A stretch of 64,000 nucleotides of DNA from the human T2T-CHM13v2.0 reference genome, Homo sapiens, in the NCBI RefSeq assembly GCF_009914755.1, contig NC_060928.1. One strand, 5' to 3'. The position numbers and the translations under genes are program-made. Positions within the stretch are counted from its first letter, which is position 1; each line of letters starts with the position of its first letter. Positions 12,431 to 27,869 of this stretch are shown piece by piece. The notes below the pieces were generated by a model that saw nothing but the letters and a program-made list of their open reading frames with translations, did not search any database and had not been told where the DNA came from.

Positions 12431-12632
12431 CTAAACAAACAGTAAAGGTCAGGGAGAGAAAACAGGATGTCATCATGTAATCAATAAGGAGAACAATACT
12501 CAAGAGAGATTCAAAGTGAAAACATTTGACGCAGCAAAATTAACATCTGTGTTAGCTACTACTCTGTGCCAGGTGCTATAAGGGATTCAGAATGAGAACA
12601 AAACACATGCCCCCTTCTTAAAAAGAAATTAA

Positions 12633-13110
<478 letters not shown>

Positions 13111-13939
13111 TTAGCAATAATTATCAGACAGGGACTGACCCAGAGATAAGAAAGCCCACCATCGGCCAAGGTAGCTACAGATGCTACTGGGAGGGTGTAA
13201 CTGAGATTGCCTTTGGAAAGAGAAAGAAAGAGAGAGAGAGAGACAGAGACAGAGGGAGGCAGGGAGATGCTAACAGAGGGGATGGCAGGATCAAAAGCAG
13301 GGGTAGTGAGAGCGATCTGACTGGCACAGATGGTTCTGGCTGGAGAGCAGGGAGCAGCCACTGAGAGTTTCTCAGCAAAACAGCGGCTGTGGGGCTCAAG
13401 GAAGACCCCTCTGGCAGCAGGGCACTGTATGCCCTGGAATAGGGGAAGAAGTACCTTGTCTAGCAGCAACTGTTTTGATAAAATCCCTCTAGAAAAGTGC
13501 AGGAAAGAAGTGAGACAATAACTGGCCACACTGCCACATGCAAGATGCAGTAAGATGTGTCTGAAGGCACTGGCCACATAGCCACTGCCCTACCTACTGG
13601 ACAAAGGTGAAAGATCACTCTTTCACTACCATACCCAGGGGTACCCCACTGCCTCCGGCTGCACCTTTCTAATGAAATCATCTGCAGAACTCTGACACAC
13701 AGGACAGAAAAAGGCACAGCCGGGGGAAGGGGGCACAACCCACTCACATCCACTTGGCCTGGAACTAGGCTTCTGAGTTTCGGTTTTTTCCCAGAAGGAA
13801 TTTTCAGCCAACAACATAGAAATCAGGTCCCAGCTCCTTAGGCACATGTGACGCATGAGGAAGGCTGTCTTTCCTGCCACTCCACCACATGAAAATGCTC
13901 CACTCCCAGACACAGGTGTGAATGTGGGCATTCCCTTGG

Positions 13940-14185
13940 CCTCCCCGCCCCTATTTCCTTCAAGATTCTACTCAGGTGCCACCTCCAGGGAGCCCTCCTT
14001 GACTGAGCTCCCATAATCCTTCTGCCCTGCGCCCACACTTACCACTTGACAGAGAAAGCACCGGTGTTTAGGTCTGTCTTGCCTTACGTGGTACCTCAGG
14101 AAGAGAGGCCGAGTCACTGTGCTTTGGCACCCCAACACAGTGTCTGACATATAGTGGGTGCTCAGCAAACATTTGTTGAATGAAC
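13940..14185 (+). mobile_element. L2 3' end fragment
   Basis: cccaacacagtgtctgacatatagtgggtgctcagcaaacatttgttgaatgaa is the typical L2 terminus; start approximate. Confidence 0.65.
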
Positions 14186-14575
14186 TCATAAATACAGGAA
14201 GGAACCTATTTCTTATTTGTTTTGCAGTTCTAGATTCATGATAAAATTCCATCAAAACAAACATTTTGATGTGTTCATTTGGGATGAAAAAAACTAAATT
14301 CTACAAGCCCAGTCACAGTCCAGCTGTGGAGAATGCTGTTTTCCCCTTGAAAGACCACAAAACTCTAAGAAGCCATCTTTATTTATATAAAAAAAAAAAA
14401 GTCAGTAGCACAGGGATTGAGTCAGCATGTCTTCTGGACACAAGCAGGTATAAGAATAAATTCGATTTCTTCAAGCCAGATGCTTCCATTTTTCTAAGCC
14501 AGCTAGATCTACTAATCTATTGAGTCATACCATAAGCAATACTTCCAAAAGAGCTGCTCATTTAAACTCAGTTTC

Positions 14576-14925
14576 TGATATGTTTTGGCTGTGTCCCCAC
14601 CCAAATCTCAACTTGAATTGTATCTCCCAGAATTCCCACGTGTTGTGGGAGGGACCCTGGGGGAGGTAATTGAATCATGGGGGCTGGTCTTTCCCATGCT
14701 ATTTTTGTGATAGTAAGTTTCATGAGATCTGATGGGTTTATCAGGGGTTTCTGCTTTTGCTTCTTCCGCATTTTCTCTTGCCGCCACCATGTAAGAAGTG
14801 CCTTTCACCTCCTGCCATGATTCTGAGGCCCCCCCAGCCATGTGAAACTGCAAGTCCAATTAAACCTCTTTTTGTTCCCAGTCTCAGGTATGTCTTTATC
14901 AGCAGCATGAAAATGGACTAACACA
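14576..14925 (+). mobile_element. THE1 (THE1B-like, MaLR) solo LTR
   Basis: TGATATG.TTTGGCTGTGTCCCCACCCAAATCTCA start, ATTAAA signal, GGACTAACACA end, ~350 bp. Confidence 0.9.
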
Positions 14926-15283
14926 CTTTTACACACTGGTTTACAGAAACCGTGCTGGGCTTAGACCACCAATGACAGACTGCCCAAAGGAAGGCTGGCT
15001 AGCAGTGAGTACTGTCCCCATCACCCATGGTATTTTAAACTCTAGAAACCAACCAGAGGGAAAGCCGCATACCTTTCAGAAAGGAAAAAAAGGAACCTGC
15101 TATTGACAAAAATGTATCTGAGTCTCTCTATAACTTATTAATGCCATTTTTCTAACCACAGAGGTGACTCTTAAAGTAAAAAGACTCCTTTGTTAGTTAT
15201 CTGTTCTAAGGATTTTATTTGGGAACCTGGTTTAAAAAAACTAAAATAATCCCCCCAAAAAAGTGATTTCTTTTTTCTCTTAA

Positions 15284-15641
<358 letters not shown>

Positions 15642-15776
15642 TAACTTTCTAAGGTGTAACGTAAAGCTATACTTTTAGTAGAAATCAGACTACAAAATCT
15701 GGTCTCTAGCAGAAGTTAGGCTCTTATATCTGAGAATTCTCAAAATCATGCATAGCAAGTACCTACTGGTTCATAC

Positions 15777-15878
15777 CTCAGGTCTATTTTGAGCAAAGAT
15801 GCCAATGAACTGATCTGGGGCAGTCTTGAAGCCCTTCTGGATCAGTGCTGAGCCTATGCACTCCGACAATTCTGCAAC
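15777..15878 (-). CDS. ACSL1: ACSL1 exon 5 (102 nt) VAELSECIGSALIQKGFKTAPDQFIGIFAQNRPE
   Basis: ttttag|GTTGCA...CCTGAG|gtatga. Confidence 0.97.
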
Positions 15879-16395
15879 CTAAAATGGAGAGGAAAAAGTC
15901 AGAAGCAGCATTGGGCCCCAACTCCAGAAACAAAGCTGACCAGACGGCAGGCTTGTATCTCAGCCAGCAAGCAATGCTGCACACAGAAACGGAGAGGGAA
16001 CATGCAGGTATTCCTTTATTGATAGATTTTTTGGTAAAACACAAGGTTTTATTCACAAGAAATCAGAATTAAGAGAACTGACCGCAGGGTTCCTTCTGCA
16101 AAGCAAATTAATCTTATCCCAATGGCTGCAGGTCACAGACAATTATATGGCAGGGCTATTTATACATTTTTTTCTATTTTAGTTTTATACAATTTTAAAA
16201 ATGATAGAGAGATGGATTTGTTTTATTTATAAAGCAGCCAAAACTTGTTTATTTGGTATAAACACAGAAACAGCAACTTTTGAGAGACCTATAAAAAATA
16301 AGAGCAAGCTCTTATCCTTAAGTTCTACAGTTCCATTCTTGAGAACGTATTCTTAGGAAACAATTCAAACTCAGGAGGAGGTTTTTAAAAGCCTA

Positions 16396-16691
<296 letters not shown>

Positions 16692-17021
16692 GCCTACATA
16701 TAAACAATATGCAAATATTTCAAAATTATTGCATCAAAAATCTCTAGGGTAAAAAACCTAATCATGGCTGGATGATTAAGTAAATGATGGTAAATCACTA
16801 AGAAAATGCTACATAGTAAATATTATAATTATGAAAACTATCAAACTTAGGACAATATTACAATGATAAGCAACACATGTAAATATAAAAATGCATATTA
16901 TAATAACTAAGTAAAAATTGATAGGTTTGCAAAATTCAGCAGGGTTATCCTATCCTCTCCCTGTTCCTACCCCAAATAAACTAAAATTTTTAAAAAATCT
17001 TAAACTTTGCAGTTATTTTCT

Positions 17022-17350
17022 TTTCCTTTTTCTTTTCTTTGTTTCTTTCTTTTTTTTTCTTTTTGAGACATAGTCTCACTCTGTTGCCCAAGCTGGAGTA
17101 CAAGGGCATGGTCTTGGCTCACTGCAACTTCCTCCTCACGGGTTCAAGAAATTCTCCCTGCCTCAGCCTCCAGAATAGCTGGGATTACAGGCACCTGCCA
17201 CCACACTCAGCTGATTTTTGTATTTTTCAGTAAAGACAGGGTTTTGCCATGTTGGCCAGGCTGGTCTTGAACTCCTGACCTCAGGTGATCTGCCCCCGTC
17301 GGCCTCCCAAAGTGCTGGGATTATAGGCGTGAGCCATACCGTGCCTGGCC
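17022..17350 (-). mobile_element. Alu (S-like)
   Basis: Reverse Alu; TSD agttattttct. Confidence 0.94.
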
Positions 17351-19367
17351 TGGAGTTATTTTCTTTATTCTCAGTTCGCAAATTCTCAAGAGTACTCTTA
17401 AAGCACACCCATACCCGTAGGAAATAAGACCATACCTACTCCTGGCCTGGAACCCTACTGGTTCTGGGCCTTGGCACCATCCTGGCCCTGCCTATGGGGA
17501 ACAGACTGATCGTGGTAAGGTGACAATAGGATGACACAAACAGGCTCATTACTACTCTCTCCTTCACAGACGAGTTCAAAAGTCTTGGTTGCATTTAAGG
17601 AATCAGAGCCTGAGAAAAGCCTGCAATTGGATGCTATATAGCTGGTAAATATGATTGAATAATACACGCACATTTATATTTCTAGATCGGTCATACATTC
17701 TTAAAAAAAAAAAAAAAACAACCCTTTAAGGCATTCCTAGCCACCAAAAGGTCATATTCATTGGATGACTGAAAAAAAAAAAAAGATTTGAATGTACAAA
17801 TCCAAAGTTGGCTTCAGTTTTGTATCTTCACCTGCTTCCAAATGAAGTGTGCAAGTCATAGATTCACACCTTCAGAAACCCCAGTGATTTTCAATCTGCC
17901 TTGAAAACGCCTATCTGCAATGGACGTGTCTTCTCTCTTCCAGCCACTAAACAACAGAAGTAACCCAGGAGGCACAGAGGATTCCATGATGCCTCAGGAC
18001 CATCACACACAACACACACATGTTCAACACACACAGGCTGTTCTTACACTTGTGAAAATGAGGGATCCTGGAAACTACTATTTGTGCAAGAAACTACTAT
18101 TTGGCTCTGACAGGACAGAATAAAAATGGGAAATCCTTCCAATCATGTGAGATACTGCCCCTAGCTCCTTCTACAGGGGAGGTGTGAGAAGTTGCTTCCC
18201 CTTCTCTTGAGAGACAGATGAACACCTCTCAAGCAAAGCCTTCTGCATCCTGTCGACCCCAGAGGACGGACGGGGAGAAATCATGCACTTCAGTCTGAGA
18301 AGAACCAACAAGCACTACTGCAGGAGTGTGGCTCCGAGGCTGCAGAGAACGATCCCTTCCACAGACGCACCCCAAATACACCAGCTCCTAAGCTGCCCTT
18401 CACACAAAACCCAGAAGGAGGAAGTGCATTTGTATTCATGAATCCGCATGATTACCTGCCCCGAGAGCAGGAGAAGGGGGGCCAGGGACGGGAGCCTTTC
18501 CTGGACAGCTGTGTGGAAGCAGCAGGCAGCAGAGCTGGCCTGTCTGGAGCACGTGCCTGTTCCGGGGTGCCGTGTGGACTGGGGAAGAGCTGTGGCACCC
18601 ACATTCATTGTAATCATGATAAAAATAAAAATAAACAGCAACGTCTTCCTGCACTGCTACTGCCACTCATGAGCCGCTGTTTCAACAGCTGTAGCCGTCG
18701 ATGGGTGGGGACTAGAGACCGACAAGGGCCACCATACTCAGATCCCAGCTTCCTTTGTGCTTATACAGTAACACAAGTGCCTTCCCCGAACATCTGTGTT
18801 CCTCCCTACAGCTGCCTGGGGGTAAGTGTCACACAGGTGGTGAGTTGGCCAAGGACAGCTTTGAGGGTCAGCAGCACGCACTAGGAAAGCCTACACAAGA
18901 GGCTGCAGGCCTTGCTTCTGGTCCTGGTTCTGCCACTAACCAGCTATAACCTTGGGTGAGTCACCTCTTTTCCTGAGACAGGTCCTTCTCATCTGTGAAA
19001 TGAAGATGTATTCCCACGTTCCAGCTTCTGAGTTTTTCTAGTACCCCTCAAGTGGAGAGAAATAATGCTATGCCGCCAGGGGGACCGGGAGAGTTTCTAG
19101 AATTTTATCTTAAAAATTATACTTGACTTCACAATGTATCCACATCAGCTTTGAAATACAATGCTTTGAACCACCTGTTAAATTCCTTAACTTGTTCTCC
19201 CCAAACCTTTGTGTCAAGTTTCTCCTTGGATGCCCCATGCTTACGGCAAGGCTCTGAGCTGGTCCAGCACATACACTCTGGAGAAACCTTCCAGCTCCAA
19301 GAATGCACATACAGAAGCACCCCTGCTTGCAAGAGGAGTCCACAGAGCCTGTCTCATACAAACTCAC

Positions 19368-19432
19368 CTGTTTATATGAAAGCCATTCATAGGGTTGGTC
19401 TGGTTTCCGAGAGCCTAAACAAGGGCCATTAT
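19368..19432 (-). CDS. ACSL1: ACSL1 exon 4 (65 nt) (N)NGPCLGSRKPDQPYEWLSYKQ
   Basis: tttttag|ATAATG...AAACAG|gtgagt. Confidence 0.97.
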
Positions 19433-20458
19433 CTAAAAAAAGAGAAAAAACAACAGATGGGCTGAACGTACATAAATATTCCTAGATTTTAATTTGTATC
19501 CCAACCGCACTCTAATACTAAACATCAGCTAGACTCTACTTTAGTCCTCAGATAAGAAATGGTGGCTTCAGATTGGAAATGTTTTCTCCCTCAGTTTTGG
19601 TCTGATTTTTTCTTTGCTTGTTTATTTCTGTTTTGTTTAAGTGGGGCAGGAGAGGGGGACAGAGGGGAGAAAAGGCAATATCCAACTCTTAAGGGCACTT
19701 AATTTGTGATTCCTCTTTAACACCCTACTGGTTTAGACCAGGAGTCAGCAGATGAGTGGTAAAGAGAACCTGCTGTAGTGGTAAACAGATACCTTTTCAG
19801 AAGAGGTATTCATCAAAACTTTTCAAGAAGTCTAAAGCATTCTAATTCAGAATACGGAAAGGAAAATATAATTCTTTATGTGTCCAAATTTTGATGACCA
19901 AAGGTATCAAGAATTACCTGGAATCCTAGTTACATGGGTGAAGTCATGATTGCAGAAAAACAAAAACAAAGAAAAGATGCAAAATGAGGTGACGTGAAGC
20001 GGTATCTGGGAAGCAAAAGTTAGGAAATACCGAGATGTTTCCCGATTCCTATTCAGGTTTCAAAGAAGCAAAAGGGGACCATAGTGCATCTGGCTTTAGC
20101 ATATTAGGTCTGAGTGTTCGTGAGGAGGCTCTGATTTGACATGAGGACCTAAGGAAGTAGGATGGAAGGCAGGGCTGGCCCCATCACACAGATCATGCCC
20201 CAGACAACGGCAGTGTGCTGCACATGCAGATTCAGGAATCAGCCACGTGGCTGAGGAGGACACAGGCTGGACACACTGACTTCTTTGCCATCCCTAAAAA
20301 CAGTCCTGATGAAAACAGGAAGAGCTATTCTCGGACCCTCTCCCATTTACAGAGACTGTAACAAGCACCATACAAGATGAGTCCAATCAGATGTTGCTTC
20401 CAGATGGGAAAAAAATTGCATTAGCCATATGAAATGACGTGATTTTATTCCTCAAAAA

Positions 20459-20660
20459 CAGAGACGGGCGCACTGCAGCCAAGGGCCAAATCAGGCCCAC
20501 TGGCTGTTTTTGTAGACACAGTGATAGTGGCACACAGCCACACTCATTCATTTTTGTTCTGTGTGAGGCTGCAGTTGAGTAGTTGCAACCAAGACCATAT
20601 GGCACCAAAGCCAAAAATATTTACTACCAGGCTTTTTACAGAAAACATATGCCAGCTCCA
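20459..20660 (+). mobile_element. MER58A-like hAT-Charlie DNA element
   Basis: gggccaaatcaggcccac...gttgagtagttgcaac...accatatggcacc.aaagccaaaaatatttacta...tttacagaaaa. Confidence 0.8.
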
Positions 20661-21287
20661 GCTCCAGAACTAGCCGTTAAGCTGCAGGCTCACCAGGGGA
20701 ACTTGATACTATACCAGGTTCTACTATACCCAGGCTCTAGAATTTTTTATTCAGTTGAATAGGGATGGGGCCTGGGCCTCAGTATTTTTTAGAAGCTCCC
20801 CGATGGCACAAAAGTGCAGCTAGAGATGAGAGCCACTGAGAAGCAGGGAGCTCAATCTTTATAAATGGCTTCCTTGGTGCAGTTTTAAAGTACTAGGTTT
20901 AAAAACTCTAGGCGGGCTGCTTCTATCATTCAACAAACTTCTGACCCCTTATCCAAGTGCTGGGTCTTGCTCTTTTGTTTCAGTTTAATTCTACAGTAGC
21001 CTAAGAAAATCAAAGCTTAGAATAAAAAGATCCTCCTGGGCGGGGGGGGGGGGGGGAGGAAGCAAATCGAGACCTGCAAAGCAGCTCCCTTCAATGAGTA
21101 CAGATCAAGAAGACTGGACATACTTTCCTTCACCTTCTCTGACACATCCATAAAAGGACTTTCATTTTCCAGGGGGAGCAAGCGACCAAAGAAAAGTTAT
21201 GTGACTTGTCTTCAGATCAGAGGAGAGTCAAAAGCATAAAGTAAGTCACCATGCTCCTCGATGAATGTATATACATTTACATGTATA

Positions 21288-21825
21288 CAGCAGGTCCTCA
21301 AATAACGGCATTTCATTTGCACGTTCTCCTCACATCTATGTGGTTTTTCCTGGGAACTCTGGGTTCCTCCCACATCCCAAAGCTGTGCCTGTGAGGTGAA
21401 CTGGTGCATCTCTACGGTCCTAGTGAGTGTGGGTGAGCGGAGTGAGTGTGTGAGTGTGAGTGGGTGTGAGTATGAGTCTCCCTACGATGGGAGGGTGTCC
21501 TGGCCAGGGCAGTTCCCACCTGACATCCTGAGCTGCCCAGATGGGCTCCAGCCGCCCACGACCCTTAACTGGAATAAACAGGTAAATATCTTATTTTTAT
21601 CAATTGTTCCTAAATGTCTGTATCGCTCACATTTATTTCATGTTTAACATAAGAAGCGTGGTCTTTATTTAGAAGTTTGGTGATGTTTTTGTGACTAGAA
21701 ATACGCTGTGGGAATGTAACTCCTGTTCGTATCAATTATCCTATGGGAAAAACTGGTTTCATTATAGTGGTTTTCAAGTTACAGTTTCCAAGAACCCATC
21801 AAAGACATTAACTGAGGACTTACCG
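21288..21825 (+). mobile_element. MER6-like Tigger DNA element
   Basis: Terminal inverted repeats cagcaggtcctca.ataac / attaactgaggacttaccg, with TA dinucleotides flanking both ends. Confidence 0.75.
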
Positions 21826-21852
21826 TATATGTGCTCTGTGGTGGTGGCAAAG

Positions 21853-21857
<5 letters not shown>

Positions 21858-21889
<32 letters not shown>
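21858..21889. repeat. (CA)n microsatellite
   Basis: ~16 CA units. Confidence 0.95.
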
Positions 21890-21891
<2 letters not shown>

Positions 21892-22076
21892 TTTCATGTG
21901 CCATATGTTAGGCTGATCCACCTGATGGATATTTACTATCACAGACAAACCCTGACCTTGACACCAACTTTGAGAATGTTCATAAATTAAATAATACACA
22001 AGTAAGCTTGCTTTTCCTTTGTAATAGGGCTTAATGCACGTGCTATGGGAACACTGGGACAAACTCGCCAAGCTGA

Positions 22077-22419
<343 letters not shown>

Positions 22420-22993
22420 AATAGGCACTTCTTGAGTGCATATTACATGCAACGTATCATGAGGGATAGAGCCAGCAATACCACATGGTTCCTGACCGTA
22501 AAAAGATTACAATGTAGCTAGCAGTGGCCCAAATAAAAGCTAAGCATCAGAGGATTTAAATAACAAAGCACAGATTCCAAGACCATTTTTAGACAAGTAC
22601 CTGGTATAAGCAAAAATGAAGTGGCTAAAATAGAAAGAGGGGTGGAGAAACCAGAGGTACTCCCTCCTTCACTGAGGATGCATTAGTGGGGCGCTCACTG
22701 TGTGCCAGGCACTGTCAGTGCTGTGAAAAGAGATGACTGATAACCACCCTGTTCTCAAGGAGCTCGGGCTAGGGGGGCAGAATGCCAGGTGAACACCTCT
22801 GTGCCATCAGGAGTTATGCAGAAGGAATATAACATGCTGGGAGGGAAAAGGGAAGAAATGCTTCACTCGGAGGTAGGGGATGAAAATGATAGACTAGGAA
22901 GGTTTTAGAGAAAAGGTGAAATGCAGTGAGTTTTGTAAGATTAAAGAATACATCAAGCACCCAGGCTGGGGGTAGAAAGAGGCTTTATGATCA

Positions 22994-23442
<449 letters not shown>

Positions 23443-24045
23443 TAGAACTGCACAAAGCCTCAGGGCTGGGAGAGAGCAGAGGTAGTCGTGGCTCTGCAGG
23501 AAGTTCAGTATGACCTGAGGGCCCTATACAGGAGGCCTGGGAGGGACAGAGGCTGGAAAGGAGGTATGCTGGATATCACAGGGTTTCTTACACTACAGTT
23601 AATAATTAAGGGTAATCCCATGAGCCAACATTTCCCAAGTATCTTTAACAGAACACTGCCATCCTGGGATGTCAGTATTTCTTTCTCAAAATATGGGTCT
23701 CATGGTCAAGTAAGCATGAAAAATGCCGGATTGGGCCCAGTTCAACAGACCTCTTTATTGCAGGAAACGTCAGAGCCTATTGTGCACTGGTGTAACATGT
23801 GACTCACCATAAAATACAGGATGTGACACTCACATATTTGACCATGGAGCCCCCAGGGCCACAGGGAACATCTAGAGGGTCCAGTGAGCTTTGGGACCGA
23901 CTCTGGGAAAGTTACAGTGGACACAGAGGGGCCTGAGCGATCCTAAGGAGGCGAAAGATAGGAGCAAATGTGCATTTCTGAAAGGCCACTCGTTCTTCAT
24001 GAAACACGGCGAGCGGGAGCCACGCAAATGCAGGAAAATGCTTAC

Positions 24046-24160
24046 TTGACACCTGTATTCCCCTCTGGAAACCTTCGTATAATGTTGTGACATCATCATA
24101 GAAATACACCAAGGGCTCGTCGCTGTCAAGTAGTGCGGATCTTCGTGCACCACCACTACC
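24046..24160 (-). CDS. ACSL1: ACSL1 exon 3 (115 nt) GSGGARRSALLDSDEPLVYFYDDVTTLYEGFQRGIQVS(N)
   Basis: ttgatag|GGTAGT...GTGTCAA|gtaagc; CTAAC branch point at 24185-24189. Confidence 0.97.
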
Positions 24161-24204
24161 CTATCAAAAAAGAAAGGGGGGCAGGTTAGAAGGCAGTGAA
24201 ACAT

Positions 24205-24480
24205 CTATGCACTGTGGAATGGCTAAATCAAGCTAATTAACATATCCATTCCTTTACATTCTTGTCACTTATCTGTAGTGAGAACACTTAAAATCTATTC
24301 TCTTAGTAATTTCAGGTATATGGTACATTGTTATTAACTACAGTCACCAACTAATAGTGAACATGGTCACCATTTTTATTAAAAATAGATGTCCTGAACT
24401 CGTTCCTATTATACACCATAAATACACATAATTTGTATTTGTCCATTAAAAAATAAAATGCTTAAAAATTAAATATAAAG
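24205..24480. mobile_element. L1MA 3' fragment with 5' inversion (minus-oriented 24205-24409, plus-oriented tail 24410-24480)
   Basis: First part is the reverse complement of the L1MA segment seen at 1040-1165; second part is the forward L1MA terminus with A-rich tail. Confidence 0.7.
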
Positions 24481-26846
24481 TCTAATATGCCCCTGTGGTA
24501 TCCGCACCCCTCTAGGCGGCCACCTGCGGAACAGCTGCCCAGTGAGTGAGTGCTGAAAGACTGCAGTGCAAGATGTGCTGATGTAAACCAATCATTCGCC
24601 TGGAGGTAAACACAGGCTTCGGGGAACCACGGCTAAGTCAGAAAGATGCCTGAAGAGAGAAAACAGGTTTACAGACCTACAAGTGCTGGTCCTGCCGGAT
24701 AAGGCCAAAGAGAGCAAGAGAAGAGCCACAAACTGCCACCACTACACACATTGACAGTTCTCAAGCCACTGCCATCCACAGCACAGAGGACTGATCCTGT
24801 TCAGCTCTGGTGGAAATGAAACCCCATTTGGTTATACTTCTAAAATGTTACCTATATTCTTTTTGAGACTATTTCCACTATTTTATCTCCTCACCAAGCG
24901 CAATATCATCTGTTAGAAACTTCACTTTCTTGCATAGCATCTCTAACAGTTAAAATCATCAGCTACAAAACATATGCATGTGCAGACACAGGTCTTTATT
25001 AGTTTTAGGTGCAACATTTATAGGTGTGCAGATTTGACATCGCTGTGCACCTTTCTCTAAGTCGTCTTCATCTGTTAGCTTCCTGAGTATATTTGCTATG
25101 TGCAAGAACTCCTAATGATGGATAAGGCGGCAGAGCCTAGCCTCCCACAGTAGCAGCAGTAGTCTTTACAGGTAGCAGGTCTCCAATGTGAGCTGCTGAG
25201 TCCTCTGGGGCCAAAGGACACTGTAAGGCATCCAGACATCCACAGAAAGCCAAAAAGCAGTCTTTAGAGACTGATAAATAAAAGCTCAGTGACTATGACG
25301 TTAGAGCCTACCTTTTTTTTTTTTTTAATTTCAGAGAGGGGCCTTCACTTTTACAACAGTCTGGAAACCCTTGGAGAAATTAGACTGTGATATGATAACC
25401 TCTGGTACCAAGAGGAGAGAGCTGTCCAAAAGTGGAAGAGATCGTTTCTGGCTTAAGGTGTGATGAAACAAAACAGGAGACACCAAAAAGAAGTGTGGAA
25501 AAGCTAGGTCTCAGAGTAGGGCGGCAGGCTGAGGAGGGCCGCGCTGAGGAGGAAGTGGATGGGTGCCAGGGGATGAACTCACAGGGAGACCCTTTAGAAG
25601 GGGATGACTGCCTGATCTGTTTCCATGGACTCTTCTATTTTTATTAGGATTATCCATTTCTCTTCCTACAAGCTCTTTTGCTTTTTGTCCACCCTTAAGT
25701 TATAATGTATATACTGTTTAAAAACATTTAAGTGATACAGAAGTATATCAAGGAAAAATGATGACTATTAGTAGTTTGGTAAATTCCTCCCAGTCTTTTT
25801 TTTATGCTTATACATTTATAGACATTCTGTCAATATCTACTGTGTGCTACATGTGTGTATTTCACTCTTGATCCCAAACTGCTAATAGTTTTCTGGAGTA
25901 AATATGACCTAACCATATCTTTTAATCATCACAATGTCTTCTCTCTCGGCAGAAACTTTCTAACACCTATGGCTGTGATTCCAAACATGCTTACTAACTA
26001 CAGCACACTACTTTATGAAGCAAAAACGTTATTCTCTGTGTGCATAAGAATGGGAGAATATCTTTGCTTAGTGTCACGCATTATTGTTACTTAATCGCTG
26101 AGTCTGTTTTCTTTTCTGTAAAATGGAGACATCATGAGTCCACTTCCAGGGTTATTTTTTGTTAAAGAGGAACTTTCCTGTAAAATATGATTGTGTAGAA
26201 TATTACTTGTGCACCCGATAACATGCTCTAACTACAGTACAAGTCCTCCATCACCTCAGTCTTGACTCCAACAAATAGCCTGAAATTCAGAAGCAATTTT
26301 GTGGCTTTGTAGTGAATATCAGAAGCCTTTTCAACCCATGAAGCCACCAAACACACCGAAGGCACCAAGGCTAAGGTAGGAAGAGAAAGGGGGAAAGGAC
26401 AAAATGAGAGAAAACAGGAAGAATGAGAGGGTGTGAAAAGAGATAAGAAAAGTACCAAGTATGATGGTGAAGTGTGGTTGTCTCAGCATGGCCTAGACAT
26501 GCAGGTGGCCTGGCCGCCCACAGGGAGGTCCTCACGATGCTCTGCTTACAAAGGTGCCTTCTATACCTCTTGACACAACAGAAATGCATTCATGGTCTTT
26601 TTCAGTGCTCTCTCTTCAAAAGCAACACCACTTTCTGCACTCTGCAGAGGAGTTCCCCTAGCTGTGAATGGGCAGATGGGGATAAGGTGAACAAGACACA
26701 AGCTTGTTCTGAAGGAGCCCACGTCTTGTCTCTAAGTGACCACAGGGACTCCAGGGAACCCTGGCTGAGCAGAAGAGTGCAGGGAGAGTCAGGATGAACA
26801 GACAGAAGCAAGCCTGAAATCTCAGGTGCACAGGCTCATTCTAGAG

Positions 26847-26998
26847 CCAAGCTTCTCAAAGTGTGCTCTGCGGAACACCTGGCACTGGTTAGGAAAGCAA
26901 ATCACACCAGACCTGCTGAATCCGAAACTCTGGGGATGCGATCCAGCAATCTGTGCTTTAAGAAGCCCTCCAGGGGATGCTAAAGTTTGAGAAGCACC
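26847..26998. mobile_element. MER5A-like DNA element
   Basis: ttctcaaagtg...agacctgctgaatccgaaactctgggg...agcaatctgtgctttaagaagccctccagggga...aagtttgagaa with terminal inverted repeats. Confidence 0.75.
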
Positions 26999-27869
26999 TT
27001 CCTAGGGACAGCAGGTTTCCAGCAGGGAAGTTTTCAGCAGGGAAGTGGTGAGGATGGGCTAATGGGTTAGAAAGAAATCTACAAGAAGCGTAAGCAGTGT
27101 GTGGAACAGGAGGGAGGGAAGAGACTGGGGAGAAACCAACTCCTACAGACCTGGATAGGGCAGTGGGAGTTGGGAGCCGGGAAGGACCAAGGCACTGGGC
27201 GTGCTGCAGCACTCAGGAACAGGATTTAACAGGTAATGGGGTGTAAGCAGAAAGAAGGAGGGCTGAGAAGAAAAACTGTCCCCTTTAATCAAATAGAAGA
27301 CTGGGTACTGGGGGTAGGCTTCAGAAAAGAGATGAAGTTTAGCTTTGGACATACAGAGACCATATCCCTTCAAGACAGGTCAACCACCTTGGTCAATGTC
27401 CCAAATTTTATTTTGAGAACCACTGCTCTGGAGGACCATTTTATAACAAACTTTTAGCTAAATAATTTTTTAGTTAGGTTTAAGTTTTTGGTGGTGTATA
27501 ATCTTCTGGAATCCGAGAAACATGGAGGCAAACAAGCTAAATCAAAGTTAAAGAAGTGAATGATATCCCCAATAAAGCAACATCTTGACATGTAACCTGG
27601 GGCAAGATATTTATTATTACCCTAATTAGCAATTAGAATAATGAGAAAAGCTTGAAAATGAAGCAGTAAATGAGACATCTGTCAAAAGGAGACACTAATT
27701 GAAGGCTCGATGATACGGGATAAAAGGTCACACTGTCACTCAGTTGTCAGACATAACTGTAATTTCAAGAAAGGGGGTTGAATAAGAAGGGGAAGGGCAC
27801 AAAACATTAGGATCTGTGCTTCAAAATCTGTGGCTCTATGAAAAGACCACACATTCTAATAATGAATTA

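Noticed and set aside
19110-19465. Overlapping ORFs around exon 4
   Set aside because: Intronic read-through or antisense frames with no splice or homology support
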